NCBI GenBank assembly: GCA_016839445.1
Contig: JAEOUG010000082.1
Location: 1 to 29,915 of the forward strand
Direction of reading: 5' to 3'
Source: Candidatus Thorarchaeota archaeon
GTDB taxonomy: Archaea; Asgardarchaeota; Thorarchaeia; Thorarchaeales; Thorarchaeaceae
Length of the DNA: 29,915 nucleotides
The notes under the pieces were generated by a model. It did not search any database, was not told the origin of the DNA, and worked only from the letters and a program-made list of their open reading frames with translations. The position numbers and the translations under genes were made by a program. This document shows positions 1 to 8,212 of the stretch, in pieces (positions within the stretch are counted from its first letter, which is position 1; every line of letters begins with the position of its first letter).

Positions 1-607
1 TCCAATTCACGTAACAGGTTGAGCCGGGACGTCCTACGCACACCTCTCTGTCAAGCTTGAAGGTGTGTTTGTGCCCACACCCATAGTAGTCGAAGTCCAC
101 TGGCAAGGACTGCCAATCCAAGGATAGATCGTGGGCAAAGAATAGATTGATGTCGCCTCCTGGACGGACATCGTGGAGGACTCGCTCGACGTGGCTCACT
201 GACGACCAGGAGTGCAGATGAATCTGAACGTCCTTCCCATCGTAGTCCCTGTTCACTACTGAGTAGGGTTGGTCCCCGGTGGACGTGAAAACTCCCATTG
301 TTTCAAGGCCTAAGAGCGGGCTGTGGCGGTATCTGTAGCCATACGGTTGGTCATGATTGCCTTGAAGGACGAACAGGTCTGCGCTCTCTTTCACTTCTTT
401 GAGAGCTTCTATTGCGAAATTGAGGTCGTCATTCTGAGGCAGAGAATCGTGGAAGAGGTCTCCAGTGTGAACTACAATGTCTGGCGAGTGTCTCATTGCC
501 ATGTCCAGGGCTTTCTTGAAACATCTCCTCGCGTCTTCCCTTCTCTCAGCGAGCTGAAACATTGAGCAGCCTAGATGAGAATCTGAGATGTGTGCTATCC
601 GCACCAC
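1..607 (-). CDS. mre11: Mre11/SbcD-family DNA repair metallophosphoesterase nuclease (3' end runs off window)
   Basis: Not in ORF track. Manual minus-strand translation from GTG 607 (or 604): MVRIAHISDSHLG...VVHTGDLFHD...VLQGNHDQP...FFAHD...YYGCGHKH...RPGST. All five phosphoesterase motifs are present in Mre11/SbcD order; SD-like GGGGTGGTGA upstream; no stop before position 1. Confidence 0.88.
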   Translation of the reverse strand, partial: MVRIAHISDSHLGCSMFQLAERREDARRCFKKALDMAMRHSPDIVVHTGDLFHDSLPQNDDLNFAIEALKEVKESADLFVLQGNHDQPYGYRYRHSPLLGLETMGVFTSTGDQPYSVVNRDYDGKDVQIHLHSWSSVSHVERVLHDVRPGGDINLFFAHDLSLDWQSLPVDFDYYGCGHKHTFKLDREVCVGRPGSTCYVNW

Positions 608-743
608 CTTGGCTCACCACCCCTAGTTTCCAGTCATGCTCTGTTCTCAGAAGGTGATATTTGAATCATTATGTGATGTTGACTTGGGTCACCAGTTGGG
701 TGCCTTATATCATCAGGCAAAGGAGGATTGTATGATAATGTGA

Positions 744-1445
744 GTGGAAGGAAAGACAATGCAGACCCTCACCGAAACCACAATCCTAGTGAATCTTGTG
801 ACTGCACTGCTCTCGGCAGTGCTTTCGATCTATGTAATCAGACTCTGGTACAAACAAGAGAACAGGCTCTCAACTGACCTGCCTCTCATGTTCGGCATCA
901 CCTTCGTCGGCCAAGCAGTCAACAATGTCATGCTTGCCTTGCCTCTCATGGGATATGTTGCCGCCACGCTGCTCTACTTCAAACTACGAGCTCTCTGGCT
1001 AGTCCTGACAATCTTCCCCCTGCTTGGAGTTATCGTGAACATATGGATGCCGAAGCGCCAGAAGCACCACAACAAGATCCTCGGCTTGCTGATGTTCTAC
1101 TGGCTACTTGTCGTAGGACTCAGCCCAACAGAGGAGGTAGTGATCCGGCTCCACATGCCGGTCATTCTGATGTTGACCATCGCGATGGTTGTCACCTTTG
1201 CCATCGTCTGGAAGACGAATCGCCTAAAAGAAGTGCGAAGCGAACTCATAGTACTGACCTTCGCTCTTGGGACTGTCGGGCAAGCCATCAAGGCGGTGCT
1301 CCAGCTGGATTTCGTCACGCAGGTGTTTACGGCAATTGGAACCATCCTCATCGTCATAGCGCTTGTGAACCCGTGGTATCGACGGAAGAACGGCTCTGGA
1401 AAGAGCACTAAGGCAGACCCAGAGGCTCCCTTGCAGTACGCATAG
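744..1445 (+). CDS. Stand-alone seven-transmembrane protein, function unknown (possible sensor); start may be ATG 759
   Basis: Seven hydrophobic ~20-aa segments separated by short loops, several of them basic (RLWYKQ, KRQKHHNK, KTNRLKEVR), with a basic C-tail; no catalytic motif recognised. Confidence 0.75.
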   Translation: MEGKTMQTLTETTILVNLVTALLSAVLSIYVIRLWYKQENRLSTDLPLMFGITFVGQAVNNVMLALPLMGYVAATLLYFKLRALWLVLTIFPLLGVIVNIWMPKRQKHHNKILGLLMFYWLLVVGLSPTEEVVIRLHMPVILMLTIAMVVTFAIVWKTNRLKEVRSELIVLTFALGTVGQAIKAVLQLDFVTQVFTAIGTILIVIALVNPWYRRKNGSGKSTKADPEAPLQYA

Positions 1446-1454
1446 TCTGAAGCA

Positions 1455-2357
1455 CTACCGGACCAGAAGCTGCTTCAGCATGGAGAGCAGCGCCCGCTTT
1501 CTTGGTCCGGTCTTCACTATCTTCCCGCCAAGTAGGTCCACAAAGACAGTGGTCGGCACCACAGGTATGTGGGATCCGCCGAACAGCCAATCGTAGATTG
1601 CGGTGCAGACAAGTGCCGCGTTCTGCCGGCAGGCTACAGCCACTACGGGATTCTTACCCGCCTCGGCCCTGCTCTTCGCAAATGCAAGGTCGAGGCCGGT
1701 TGGCAGAGAGGAGATGAACCTGAAGACGAAGTCGACCACGAATCTCTCACCCTCAGGAGATCTGAGGTCCTCGGGAACGGGTCCGAAGAACTCCTCAAAT
1801 GAAGGGCTCTTCACCGGATCGAAGACCCCGAGCCCTGCACCCCAGCCTGTTGCGGGGCTACTGAAGACAGGTTGCCCGTTCTCCCTTGCTCTGTCAAACA
1901 TAGCCTTCCTAATGTGCATGACATGACTGTCGAGACCATCAACGACCACGTGAGCGCCATCCAGGAATCTGTCAAGATTCTCGAGTGTGAGTCCTTCGCT
2001 GAATACATCCACCTCCGCATCTGGAACCATCTTCAGAATCTCTTCGGCGACAACTTCTGCCTTGTTTCTACCTATAGTCGATGATGTTGCGCACAGCTGC
2101 CTGTTGAGATTCGACAGCTCAAACACGTCAGGGTCTGCAAGCTTGAACCTCCTGAAGCCCATTTGGGCAAGCGTTAGAGCGACTGACGAGTTGCCTCCCA
2201 CACCAGCCTGAGCGACAACCACCTGTGCAATGTGCTCCTGTTCCTCAAGAGTGAGAATGCCGATGTTGCGATCGAAGGCAGACCAGTACTCGGTGTTCAT
2301 AGACTCTGCTTCTGTCATCTCTTCAGTTTCCCTCTGTATCTTTGGCGTCAGCATCAC
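1455..2357 (-). CDS. ThiF/MoeB/E1-like adenylyltransferase lacking the Zn-binding CxxC pairs
   Basis: FDRNIG...EEQ, AGVGG nucleotide-binding loop, ADPDVFELSNLNRQ, IGRNKAEV, VVDGLD motifs; no CxxC pairs. True start may be a few codons downstream. Confidence 0.9.
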   Translation of the reverse strand: MMLTPKIQRETEEMTEAESMNTEYWSAFDRNIGILTLEEQEHIAQVVVAQAGVGGNSSVALTLAQMGFRRFKLADPDVFELSNLNRQLCATSSTIGRNKAEVVAEEILKMVPDAEVDVFSEGLTLENLDRFLDGAHVVVDGLDSHVMHIRKAMFDRARENGQPVFSSPATGWGAGLGVFDPVKSPSFEEFFGPVPEDLRSPEGERFVVDFVFRFISSLPTGLDLAFAKSRAEAGKNPVVAVACRQNAALVCTAIYDWLFGGSHIPVVPTTVFVDLLGGKIVKTGPRKRALLSMLKQLLVR

Positions 2358-2408
2358 AGGAGGGAAATCCTCCTGCTATGCCGCCCTGAGGCGAACCTCA
2401 TGGAACTC

Positions 2409-3953
2409 CTACATCACTTCGCAAGCAGCCAGGACATCTACATTCGTTGTGAGGGGATCTGGTTTGGCCTGAACGTGGGTTGCTTTCACTTTGTCTTCGA
2501 AGATCGACTTGGTCATCCTCGCCAAGATGGTCGGTGCGAGACCTCCGGTTTCGCGAGAATGCGTGAACTCGTAGTTGATTGCACCCATTGCATCTTCGAA
2601 CGCATGTACGAACTCCACTGGATTCACATCCTCGTTCTGGAACATGGCTGCAATTGCGTAGTATGGCAGCCCGTCTTCGACGACCCCTACAACGCTGTAG
2701 TCGGTGAGTTCAGCAGATGTTCTCCTGCACGCCTCGCTGATAGCTGTGGTGATATGCTTGTCCGACAACTTCTCGCCAGCTAGATTGACAATCCTTCCCT
2801 TCCTGCCAATCTGAACCATTGTATACGGATCAGTCGAGGAGAAGGTCACCATGTCTCCGATTCGGTAGCGATAGTAGCCGAAGTTGTTAGTTATCAGGAT
2901 TTCATAGCGACTCCCGCTCTTGACCTCTGAGAGAGGAATGACCGTCGGGTCTTCGCTTTCAATCTCATTCTCAGGTATGAACTCGAAGTAGTTCACATGT
3001 GCTAGAGGTTGCACGCCTGCTCCTTCAATGATCTGGCCTCCGAGATATCCCTCTGAGGCTCCATACATCTCCAGCATACTTGCCTGAGGTAGGGTCTTTG
3101 AGATCCACTCCTTGTACGGATTGCAGTCTATGCCCATCAATGTGAACATCGTCAGATTCGGCCAGAGCGATTCAACATCAAGCCGCCCCGTGTCGTCAAG
3201 TGCATCTCTGACCCTTGCTTCGTATTTGGTTCCCCTGAATTCGTCAAGAAGCCAGGGTCCGTACTCATTCTGCATCCGACGCACAAGTGAGAGTGTCAGG
3301 GTCGTTATTCCCTGCAGCCCCGTGACATTGGCCGTTACGAGCAGCTTGGCGTATGCTCGCATCTTTGCCTCAATGTCCATTATGTTGAATACATCCTCCC
3401 CCGGCTTCATGAGCCGCTTGAAGATGGGATTCAGTCTCCTAATCATTGCCCCTGTTGCATACCCCACGGGGACCTCGCCGATGTGGTCTACAACGGCTGG
3501 CGCCCCCATGGTCACGATTGCACCATCAAAGAGCTTGGTGTTGCGAGGATCTGAATTCATCCATGCGAACCATGTCAACATAGTGCCAGCTGAAAGGTCT
3601 TTGGATCCTGCTGCAGTCACAGGCAGACGCTTCTGTTTGCCAGAGCTTCCCGATGACTGCAGATACCATATGACTGGGTCTTTTGTCAGTATTGCGCCGT
3701 CTGGATTCTGGTGGACCTTCTCCAAGTACGGTGCAAGATTCTCATAATCACAAAGCGGAACTCTCTCCGAGAACTGTTCGGGGTTGCGGATCAGGTCGAA
3801 TCTGTGCCTTCTTCCATACACGGTGTCCTGATGCCGGCTCAAGATCGACATGAGTTTCTCCTCACTCACCTCAATGGGATGATTGAGGACCCTCTCAATC
3901 TCGGAAGCCTTCCGTTTCGCCATAACCGAGACAAGCTTCCTCATGATTGACAT
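2409..3953 (-). CDS. GH3-family acyl-acid amido synthetase (adenylate-forming)
   Basis: GH3 motifs LQSSGSSGKQKRLP, MYGASEG, YFEFIP, YEILITN.FGYYRYRIGD, and GRKG..VNLAGEKL. Confidence 0.92.
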   Translation of the reverse strand: MSIMRKLVSVMAKRKASEIERVLNHPIEVSEEKLMSILSRHQDTVYGRRHRFDLIRNPEQFSERVPLCDYENLAPYLEKVHQNPDGAILTKDPVIWYLQSSGSSGKQKRLPVTAAGSKDLSAGTMLTWFAWMNSDPRNTKLFDGAIVTMGAPAVVDHIGEVPVGYATGAMIRRLNPIFKRLMKPGEDVFNIMDIEAKMRAYAKLLVTANVTGLQGITTLTLSLVRRMQNEYGPWLLDEFRGTKYEARVRDALDDTGRLDVESLWPNLTMFTLMGIDCNPYKEWISKTLPQASMLEMYGASEGYLGGQIIEGAGVQPLAHVNYFEFIPENEIESEDPTVIPLSEVKSGSRYEILITNNFGYYRYRIGDMVTFSSTDPYTMVQIGRKGRIVNLAGEKLSDKHITTAISEACRRTSAELTDYSVVGVVEDGLPYYAIAAMFQNEDVNPVEFVHAFEDAMGAINYEFTHSRETGGLAPTILARMTKSIFEDKVKATHVQAKPDPLTTNVDVLAACEVM

Positions 3954-4211
3954 TCACTTTCTCTCCTACAGTCCCGGACAGATCGCCACAAGACCGTACA
4001 AGAACACGAAGAGCGGATTATGATAAGTAGTAGGTTCTGCGGTTCTTATTGACGATAGCCTTCTAAATCCCATTAAAGATGTTATGAAAATCTCCGGCTA
4101 GAAAAAATGCATTAATAAGCCAAGTAAATAGAAATATGATGTTATTAGTGTTTTATTCCTTGAAGGATGTACACGAATATGCTGGTTTTGGGAGGTTTTC
4201 CATACGCTTTC
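3954..4211 (-). promoter_or_regulatory. AT-rich intergenic region upstream of the GH3-ThiF pair (probable promoter)
   Basis: 258-bp non-coding gap that is visibly AT-richer than the flanking CDS (e.g. AAAAAATGCATTAATAAG, GTTATTAGTGTTTTATT); no single TATA box can be assigned with confidence. Confidence 0.45.
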
Positions 4212-5780
4212 CTAAAGGTTGCGGAGCGTTGCGATGAGGGAGTGGAACCTCGACCTCGTGGAATCATGTACAGTCGCTGACGTGACCTCCACCCCTGCTG
4301 GCATCTCTCTGATCAATTGGGTGCTTATGAGCTGACCTGTGTACTGGGCGACGTTCATCCTTAGGAACAGGCTCGACCCCTCCTTGGAGAAGTAGGACTC
4401 GCATCTCGGCACACCCGCCTCGATACTGCCTCGAATTCTGGCAAGCTCTCTGTGGGGTCCTTCAAGGAATGCGATGATTTCGTCTCCAAGACCGAGGAGT
4501 TCTCCTGCAGGCATGTACTGGAGTGTGAACGCGCCCTCCCGGTGGAGTTTCCTAGAGCTGTTCTGCCCCTGAAAAGGAGTGACGCCTAGTTCTGACAGCA
4601 TCGTTTCTCGGGTACCGCTATCTGTGGGGAAGGCCCAACCAACGCCAAGGACAAGAGCATCGGTGTTTGCCAGATCTATGGTCTTCCGTGACCTGCGTTC
4701 TTCGTGCACAATCCAGTCCGACTCCCCTCCGGGCGATGGAGGCTTCCCCTTCAAGTCCACTGAAGTCCTCCATACTCCGTCCGCCCGGTCAAGGAGACCC
4801 AATCTCAGGGAGAGCCTCCTCTCACTGAGTACTGTGGCATCTTGTGAAACATCTGCATCCAGGGGAGTCAACCACATCTGTCCTCGAGCCAATCCCGAGT
4901 GCTGGAGGTGTAGACTCTCGGCGAGATGCCCCTGTGGTATCGTGGGGGGTCTTCTCTTGCTGGACATGACCAGAACCTGCTGCAGTCCAAGGCGTCTGAA
5001 GGAGGGGGTGAGTACTTCCCTTATGGCATACGACAGGGCGCGTAGTGTGAGACCTGGTGCTTTCCCTGTGCGAGGGGAGTACCTTGCCAGGTCTCCTAGG
5101 CGCGGCGAGTCGGCTCTTGCGAGCTTCTCGATTATTCCTCTGACCAGTGATGATATGGCCACATTCATGCCCTGGGACACCGCACCAACAATCATCTGAC
5201 CCAGCTGTGAAGGCTCTCCAGTCCTCCAGTCGTGGACTGCTTGGTAGACTGCCTGCAGCCACCATGGCTTTGTGCCAGTGACCTCCGAAACGGCGTACAG
5301 GGTCAGCATGGAGGATATCCAGCTGGGGCCGCTAATCTGGCTCCACTCTCTCTCCATGAGCCCTCCAGACACTATCCTTGCGAGGATGTGGCGCAAGGGT
5401 TCGTAGACTGCAGGAGGGATTCCTGCCGGGGTCAACAGATCAAGTTGGTCTAGCAGCGACCTGGCCCGTTTGAGTTCTCTCTCAGCTAATTCGAAGGGCC
5501 CAAGTGTGTCGGTGAGGACCCTGGCTGAGACCTTCCTCTTTGGGAGGGCTCGCAGACCTAAGCATGCATCCAGTTCGGCAGCACTGACGGTTTCACCAGT
5601 AGATAGGAAGTAGTCCAGTATGGCAGGGTCTGTCTTGATCTTGCGCATGAGACCCTTCAACGAGCTGCCTGACACGTCCCAACGCTCGATGAGGGAAGGG
5701 CTCCAGAGGTAATAAAGTATGCCTGAAACAGCCGGAATCCATGCACTTCCGTGACAGAAGATGGCTGAATTAGCGTTCAA
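4212..5780 (-). CDS. Large putative transcription regulator with tandem Lrp/AsnC-like (wHTH + RAM) modules; paralog of 21937-23589. True start probably GTG 5675, TTG 5660 or ATG 5648
   Basis: Two helix-turn-helix-like segments, each followed by the Lrp-type linker (LTPSFRRLGLQQVLV; SELGVTPFQGQNSSRKLHREGAFTLQYMPAGELLGL). Colinear similarity to the second copy. The ORF-track N-terminus overlaps a conserved non-coding motif. Confidence 0.55.
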   Translation of the reverse strand: MNANSAIFCHGSAWIPAVSGILYYLWSPSLIERWDVSGSSLKGLMRKIKTDPAILDYFLSTGETVSAAELDACLGLRALPKRKVSARVLTDTLGPFELAERELKRARSLLDQLDLLTPAGIPPAVYEPLRHILARIVSGGLMEREWSQISGPSWISSMLTLYAVSEVTGTKPWWLQAVYQAVHDWRTGEPSQLGQMIVGAVSQGMNVAISSLVRGIIEKLARADSPRLGDLARYSPRTGKAPGLTLRALSYAIREVLTPSFRRLGLQQVLVMSSKRRPPTIPQGHLAESLHLQHSGLARGQMWLTPLDADVSQDATVLSERRLSLRLGLLDRADGVWRTSVDLKGKPPSPGGESDWIVHEERRSRKTIDLANTDALVLGVGWAFPTDSGTRETMLSELGVTPFQGQNSSRKLHREGAFTLQYMPAGELLGLGDEIIAFLEGPHRELARIRGSIEAGVPRCESYFSKEGSSLFLRMNVAQYTGQLISTQLIREMPAGVEVTSATVHDSTRSRFHSLIATLRNL

Positions 5781-5942
5781 AGACTCGAAAAGAATCGAAA
5801 AAGCCTTTATAACATCTCAAATATGGTCGGAATTTCTATCAGATGTCTAAATCACCCTCTGAATCTTCTTACTTGTTTTCGGTGTTCTTGGGTAAGTTGA
5901 ACAATGAATTTGCCTCGTACTGAGTACAGGTGAAATGACAAG
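5741..5942 (+). promoter_or_regulatory. Duplicated cis-regulatory region, copy 1 (between regulator A and the recombination operon)
   Basis: Shares ATGCAyTTCyGTGAC, TGGTCGGAA, CTAAATC and TGGGTAA with 23637-23850 at a constant offset of 17,896, plus AGGTGAAAyGACAAG. Confidence 0.75.
5796..5812 (+). promoter_or_regulatory. Candidate BRE-TATA promoter (CGAAAAAGCCTTTATAA)
   Basis: Purine-rich BRE-like run followed by TTTATAA at 5806-5812, ~125 bp before the first operon gene; not conserved in copy 2. Confidence 0.45.
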
Positions 5943-6702
5943 TATGTCGTCGAGGCTTGCAGATGTTCTGGAGTCAGTCGTGGCTGATGACGCAGGTATC
6001 ATCGATTTGAGTAGGACCATGGAAATGGTCTATACGAACAGTGATCGGGCGGTCCTCTCAGCAGAACTCCTGTACTTCAGCGACTCGGAGCCTGCGTACA
6101 TGGAGATGAGAGTGGGGCTTAGGAGTGAGATACTCGTTGGATTCCCAACCTTCTTCTCCCTCACCGAGCGTCGTTTCCGTACTGCGGACATCCCATCACT
6201 TGTCCCATTGGTGGCAATCATTGCATCGAAGAAACGGCTGCAGGGAATCCACGACATACAGTTTGAGATCGATGAGCAGTCAACTCATGTGATCATCACG
6301 TTTGTCGGAAGAGCAGATCGCACTAAGTCCTGTCTCTCAGACTTGGCAAGCTCCATGAACCGGGTGATGGACCGCTGGAGCGGCTGGTCGGAGGTACTAC
6401 TCAGCATCCTGGACAGAGACCCTGTCCTAGGGGAGAGAATGACTGGCGTTGATTGGAGGGAGTTCTTGGCGGGTGAAGGTGGCTATGTCACGATGCCATG
6501 GTTCAGGCCAATGACGTATGCTGAGAGGGCATCAGCGCTCGAGTCCATAGTAACCGCCAGCCGAGCACTTCTGACTTCTTTCCTTTCACCTCATGAGATG
6601 AAGCACGACGAGGTCCAGAGTCTGCAGGCCTGGTTGTCCGCACTGGAACCTCAGTCGCGCGTCATTACAGCTGACCTAGAGCAAGTCACGGAGGTGGCAT
6701 GA
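5935..6702 (+). CDS. Hypothetical protein, first gene of operon (start may be ATG 5944)
   Basis: 255-aa ORF with SD AGGTGA; ATGA overlap with the next gene; no family recognised. Confidence 0.8.
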   Translation: MTSMSSRLADVLESVVADDAGIIDLSRTMEMVYTNSDRAVLSAELLYFSDSEPAYMEMRVGLRSEILVGFPTFFSLTERRFRTADIPSLVPLVAIIASKKRLQGIHDIQFEIDEQSTHVIITFVGRADRTKSCLSDLASSMNRVMDRWSGWSEVLLSILDRDPVLGERMTGVDWREFLAGEGGYVTMPWFRPMTYAERASALESIVTASRALLTSFLSPHEMKHDEVQSLQAWLSALEPQSRVITADLEQVTEVA

Positions 6703-7154
6703 TGTTAACACAGGAGTACGTATCGTGGGAGATAGGGTTGGTCTACGATGTCATGGATGAGGCTTGGCTGGCTGGTGCCAAGGCTGGCATCACACAAAGA
6801 GAGGGGCCAACATCTGACGAGGAATGGTTGGACTTCATTGAGAGCCTTAGAGTCATCCTGGATCGGATGCCGGAGGTGAAGGCTGCCGAGCCGGGTACTG
6901 CACCATCAGAGAGGTCTCTCTATGATGCACTTGGCGGCTATGTGAGTTTGACTGGCTGTCTTGGTATGGGATTTCTTTCGTTTCCTGTACCATTGATTCG
7001 GCAGGCCATGGTTCTCTCGTTATTTCCAGGCATGGATGTACGCGCAAGAGGCTCAGTGGTGAGCATCCCATATGGGGAGCTTCTGCGCTTCACCAGACTA
7101 GTCCCTATCAGAGGCCCACTGCAGGATGACCTCGGGAGGGTCTGCGATGACTGA
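6699..7154 (+). CDS. Hypothetical protein
   Basis: 151-aa ORF, SD GGAGGTGG, overlaps both neighbours. Confidence 0.75.
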   Translation: MMLTQEYVSWEIGLVYDVMDEAWLAGAKAGITQREGPTSDEEWLDFIESLRVILDRMPEVKAAEPGTAPSERSLYDALGGYVSLTGCLGMGFLSFPVPLIRQAMVLSLFPGMDVRARGSVVSIPYGELLRFTRLVPIRGPLQDDLGRVCDD

Positions 7155-8202
7155 CCTTGAGGCGGTTCCCGGAGTCGGCCCGGCGGCAGCGAAGAAGCTC
7201 AGAGAGGCATTCATCACAACCGCAGAACTTCTGAGTGTTCAGAATCCGGCTGAGTTACAGGAAAGGACCAAGCTGGGTGAGGGTACGGTATCCAAGATCA
7301 TCAAGAGCGCGAGGGACATGACTGGCAAGTTCGGCTTCCGGTCAGGTCTTGAGATAGAGGAGGAAATGCTTACGACCCCACGGCTCACCTCAGGGCTCCC
7401 CAGCCTTGACGAAGCGCTCTTTGGAGGCATCGAGGCAGGCTCCATCATGGAGTTCTATGGCAGTGCAAGAGGTGGGAAGACACAATGGTGTGCTCATCTC
7501 GCAGTTCGTGCACAACTCCCCGAGGATCAGGGGGGTCTCGCTGGTCGAGTCCTCTGGCTTGATACGGAGTCAAGCTTCAAACCTCATGTCATAAGAGCGA
7601 ATGCCGTACGATGGGGTCTGGACCCTGACGCTGCACTCGCCAACATCGGAAGGGCTCAGGTAGTGCTTAGCGGACAGATTGAGGAGATCTTCGAGACCAT
7701 TCCGCAGTTGTGTGCCGAGCAGGACTACAAGCTCGTGATCGTGGACTCGTTGACTGGTCTCTTCAGAGCCGAGTACACAGGACTTGACTCGTTGAGAATC
7801 CGACAGCAAGACATCAACAGACTTCTGAATCAGATGAGGCGAACTGGCACAGCAACTGATGCCATCTTCGCCTACACCAACCAAGTCATGGCCAAGATTG
7901 CAGTCTATGGTGGAAACCCGAACGCTCCTGTGGGCGGTCACATAGTGAGTCACGCATCCGACTACAGGTTCTACGTGAGGAAGGCCCTCAAAGAGAAGCG
8001 GAAGATAGACCTCCAGGACAATGCAGGCGTTCCAGAATTCTCGAAGGAGTTCGTACTTGGTTGGGGCGGATTCTATGAGGACTCCAAGGCATGCAAGCAA
8101 TCAGAAGCGAAGATACAGAAGTACTTCGATGAAAGGGGTTGGGGAATGAAGGAGAGAGAGGAGCCGGAGGAGGAGAGCGACTCAGAAGAAGCGGAGGAGT
8201 AG
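7147..8202 (+). CDS. radA: RadA/Rad51-family recombinase (divergent full-length paralog)
   Basis: N-terminal HhH (DLEAVPGVGPAAAKKL), polymerisation motif FRSG, Walker A GSARGGKT, LDTE, Walker B LVIVDS, FRAEY..RQQ, TNQV, GGHIVSH; acidic tail. Start moved to ATG 7147 (SD GGGAGGG). Confidence 0.9.
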   Translation: MTDLEAVPGVGPAAAKKLREAFITTAELLSVQNPAELQERTKLGEGTVSKIIKSARDMTGKFGFRSGLEIEEEMLTTPRLTSGLPSLDEALFGGIEAGSIMEFYGSARGGKTQWCAHLAVRAQLPEDQGGLAGRVLWLDTESSFKPHVIRANAVRWGLDPDAALANIGRAQVVLSGQIEEIFETIPQLCAEQDYKLVIVDSLTGLFRAEYTGLDSLRIRQQDINRLLNQMRRTGTATDAIFAYTNQVMAKIAVYGGNPNAPVGGHIVSHASDYRFYVRKALKEKRKIDLQDNAGVPEFSKEFVLGWGGFYEDSKACKQSEAKIQKYFDERGWGMKEREEPEEESDSEEAEE

Positions 8203-8212
8203 GTGGCAGAGC

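Noticed and set aside
323-565. 80-aa plus-strand ORF
   Set aside because: Antisense shadow of the Mre11-like gene, which has clear catalytic motifs.
744-1445. Rhodopsin or GPCR call for the 7-TM protein
   Set aside because: No retinal-binding Lys in helix 7, and the terminal NPWY is not the NPxxY motif.
1455-2357. Ubiquitin/SAMP-activating E1 or MoeB sulfur-transfer role
   Set aside because: No Zn-binding CxxC pairs and no GG-ending ubiquitin-like, E2 or JAB gene seen in the window.
5676-5780. ORF-track N-terminal extension of regulator A
   Set aside because: It overlaps motifs that are non-coding in the paralogous region, so the start is probably further downstream.
5917-5940. Hammerhead-like CTGA...GAAA core
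   Set aside because: CTGAGTA does not match CUGANGA, the flanking stems are missing, and copy 2 lacks it.
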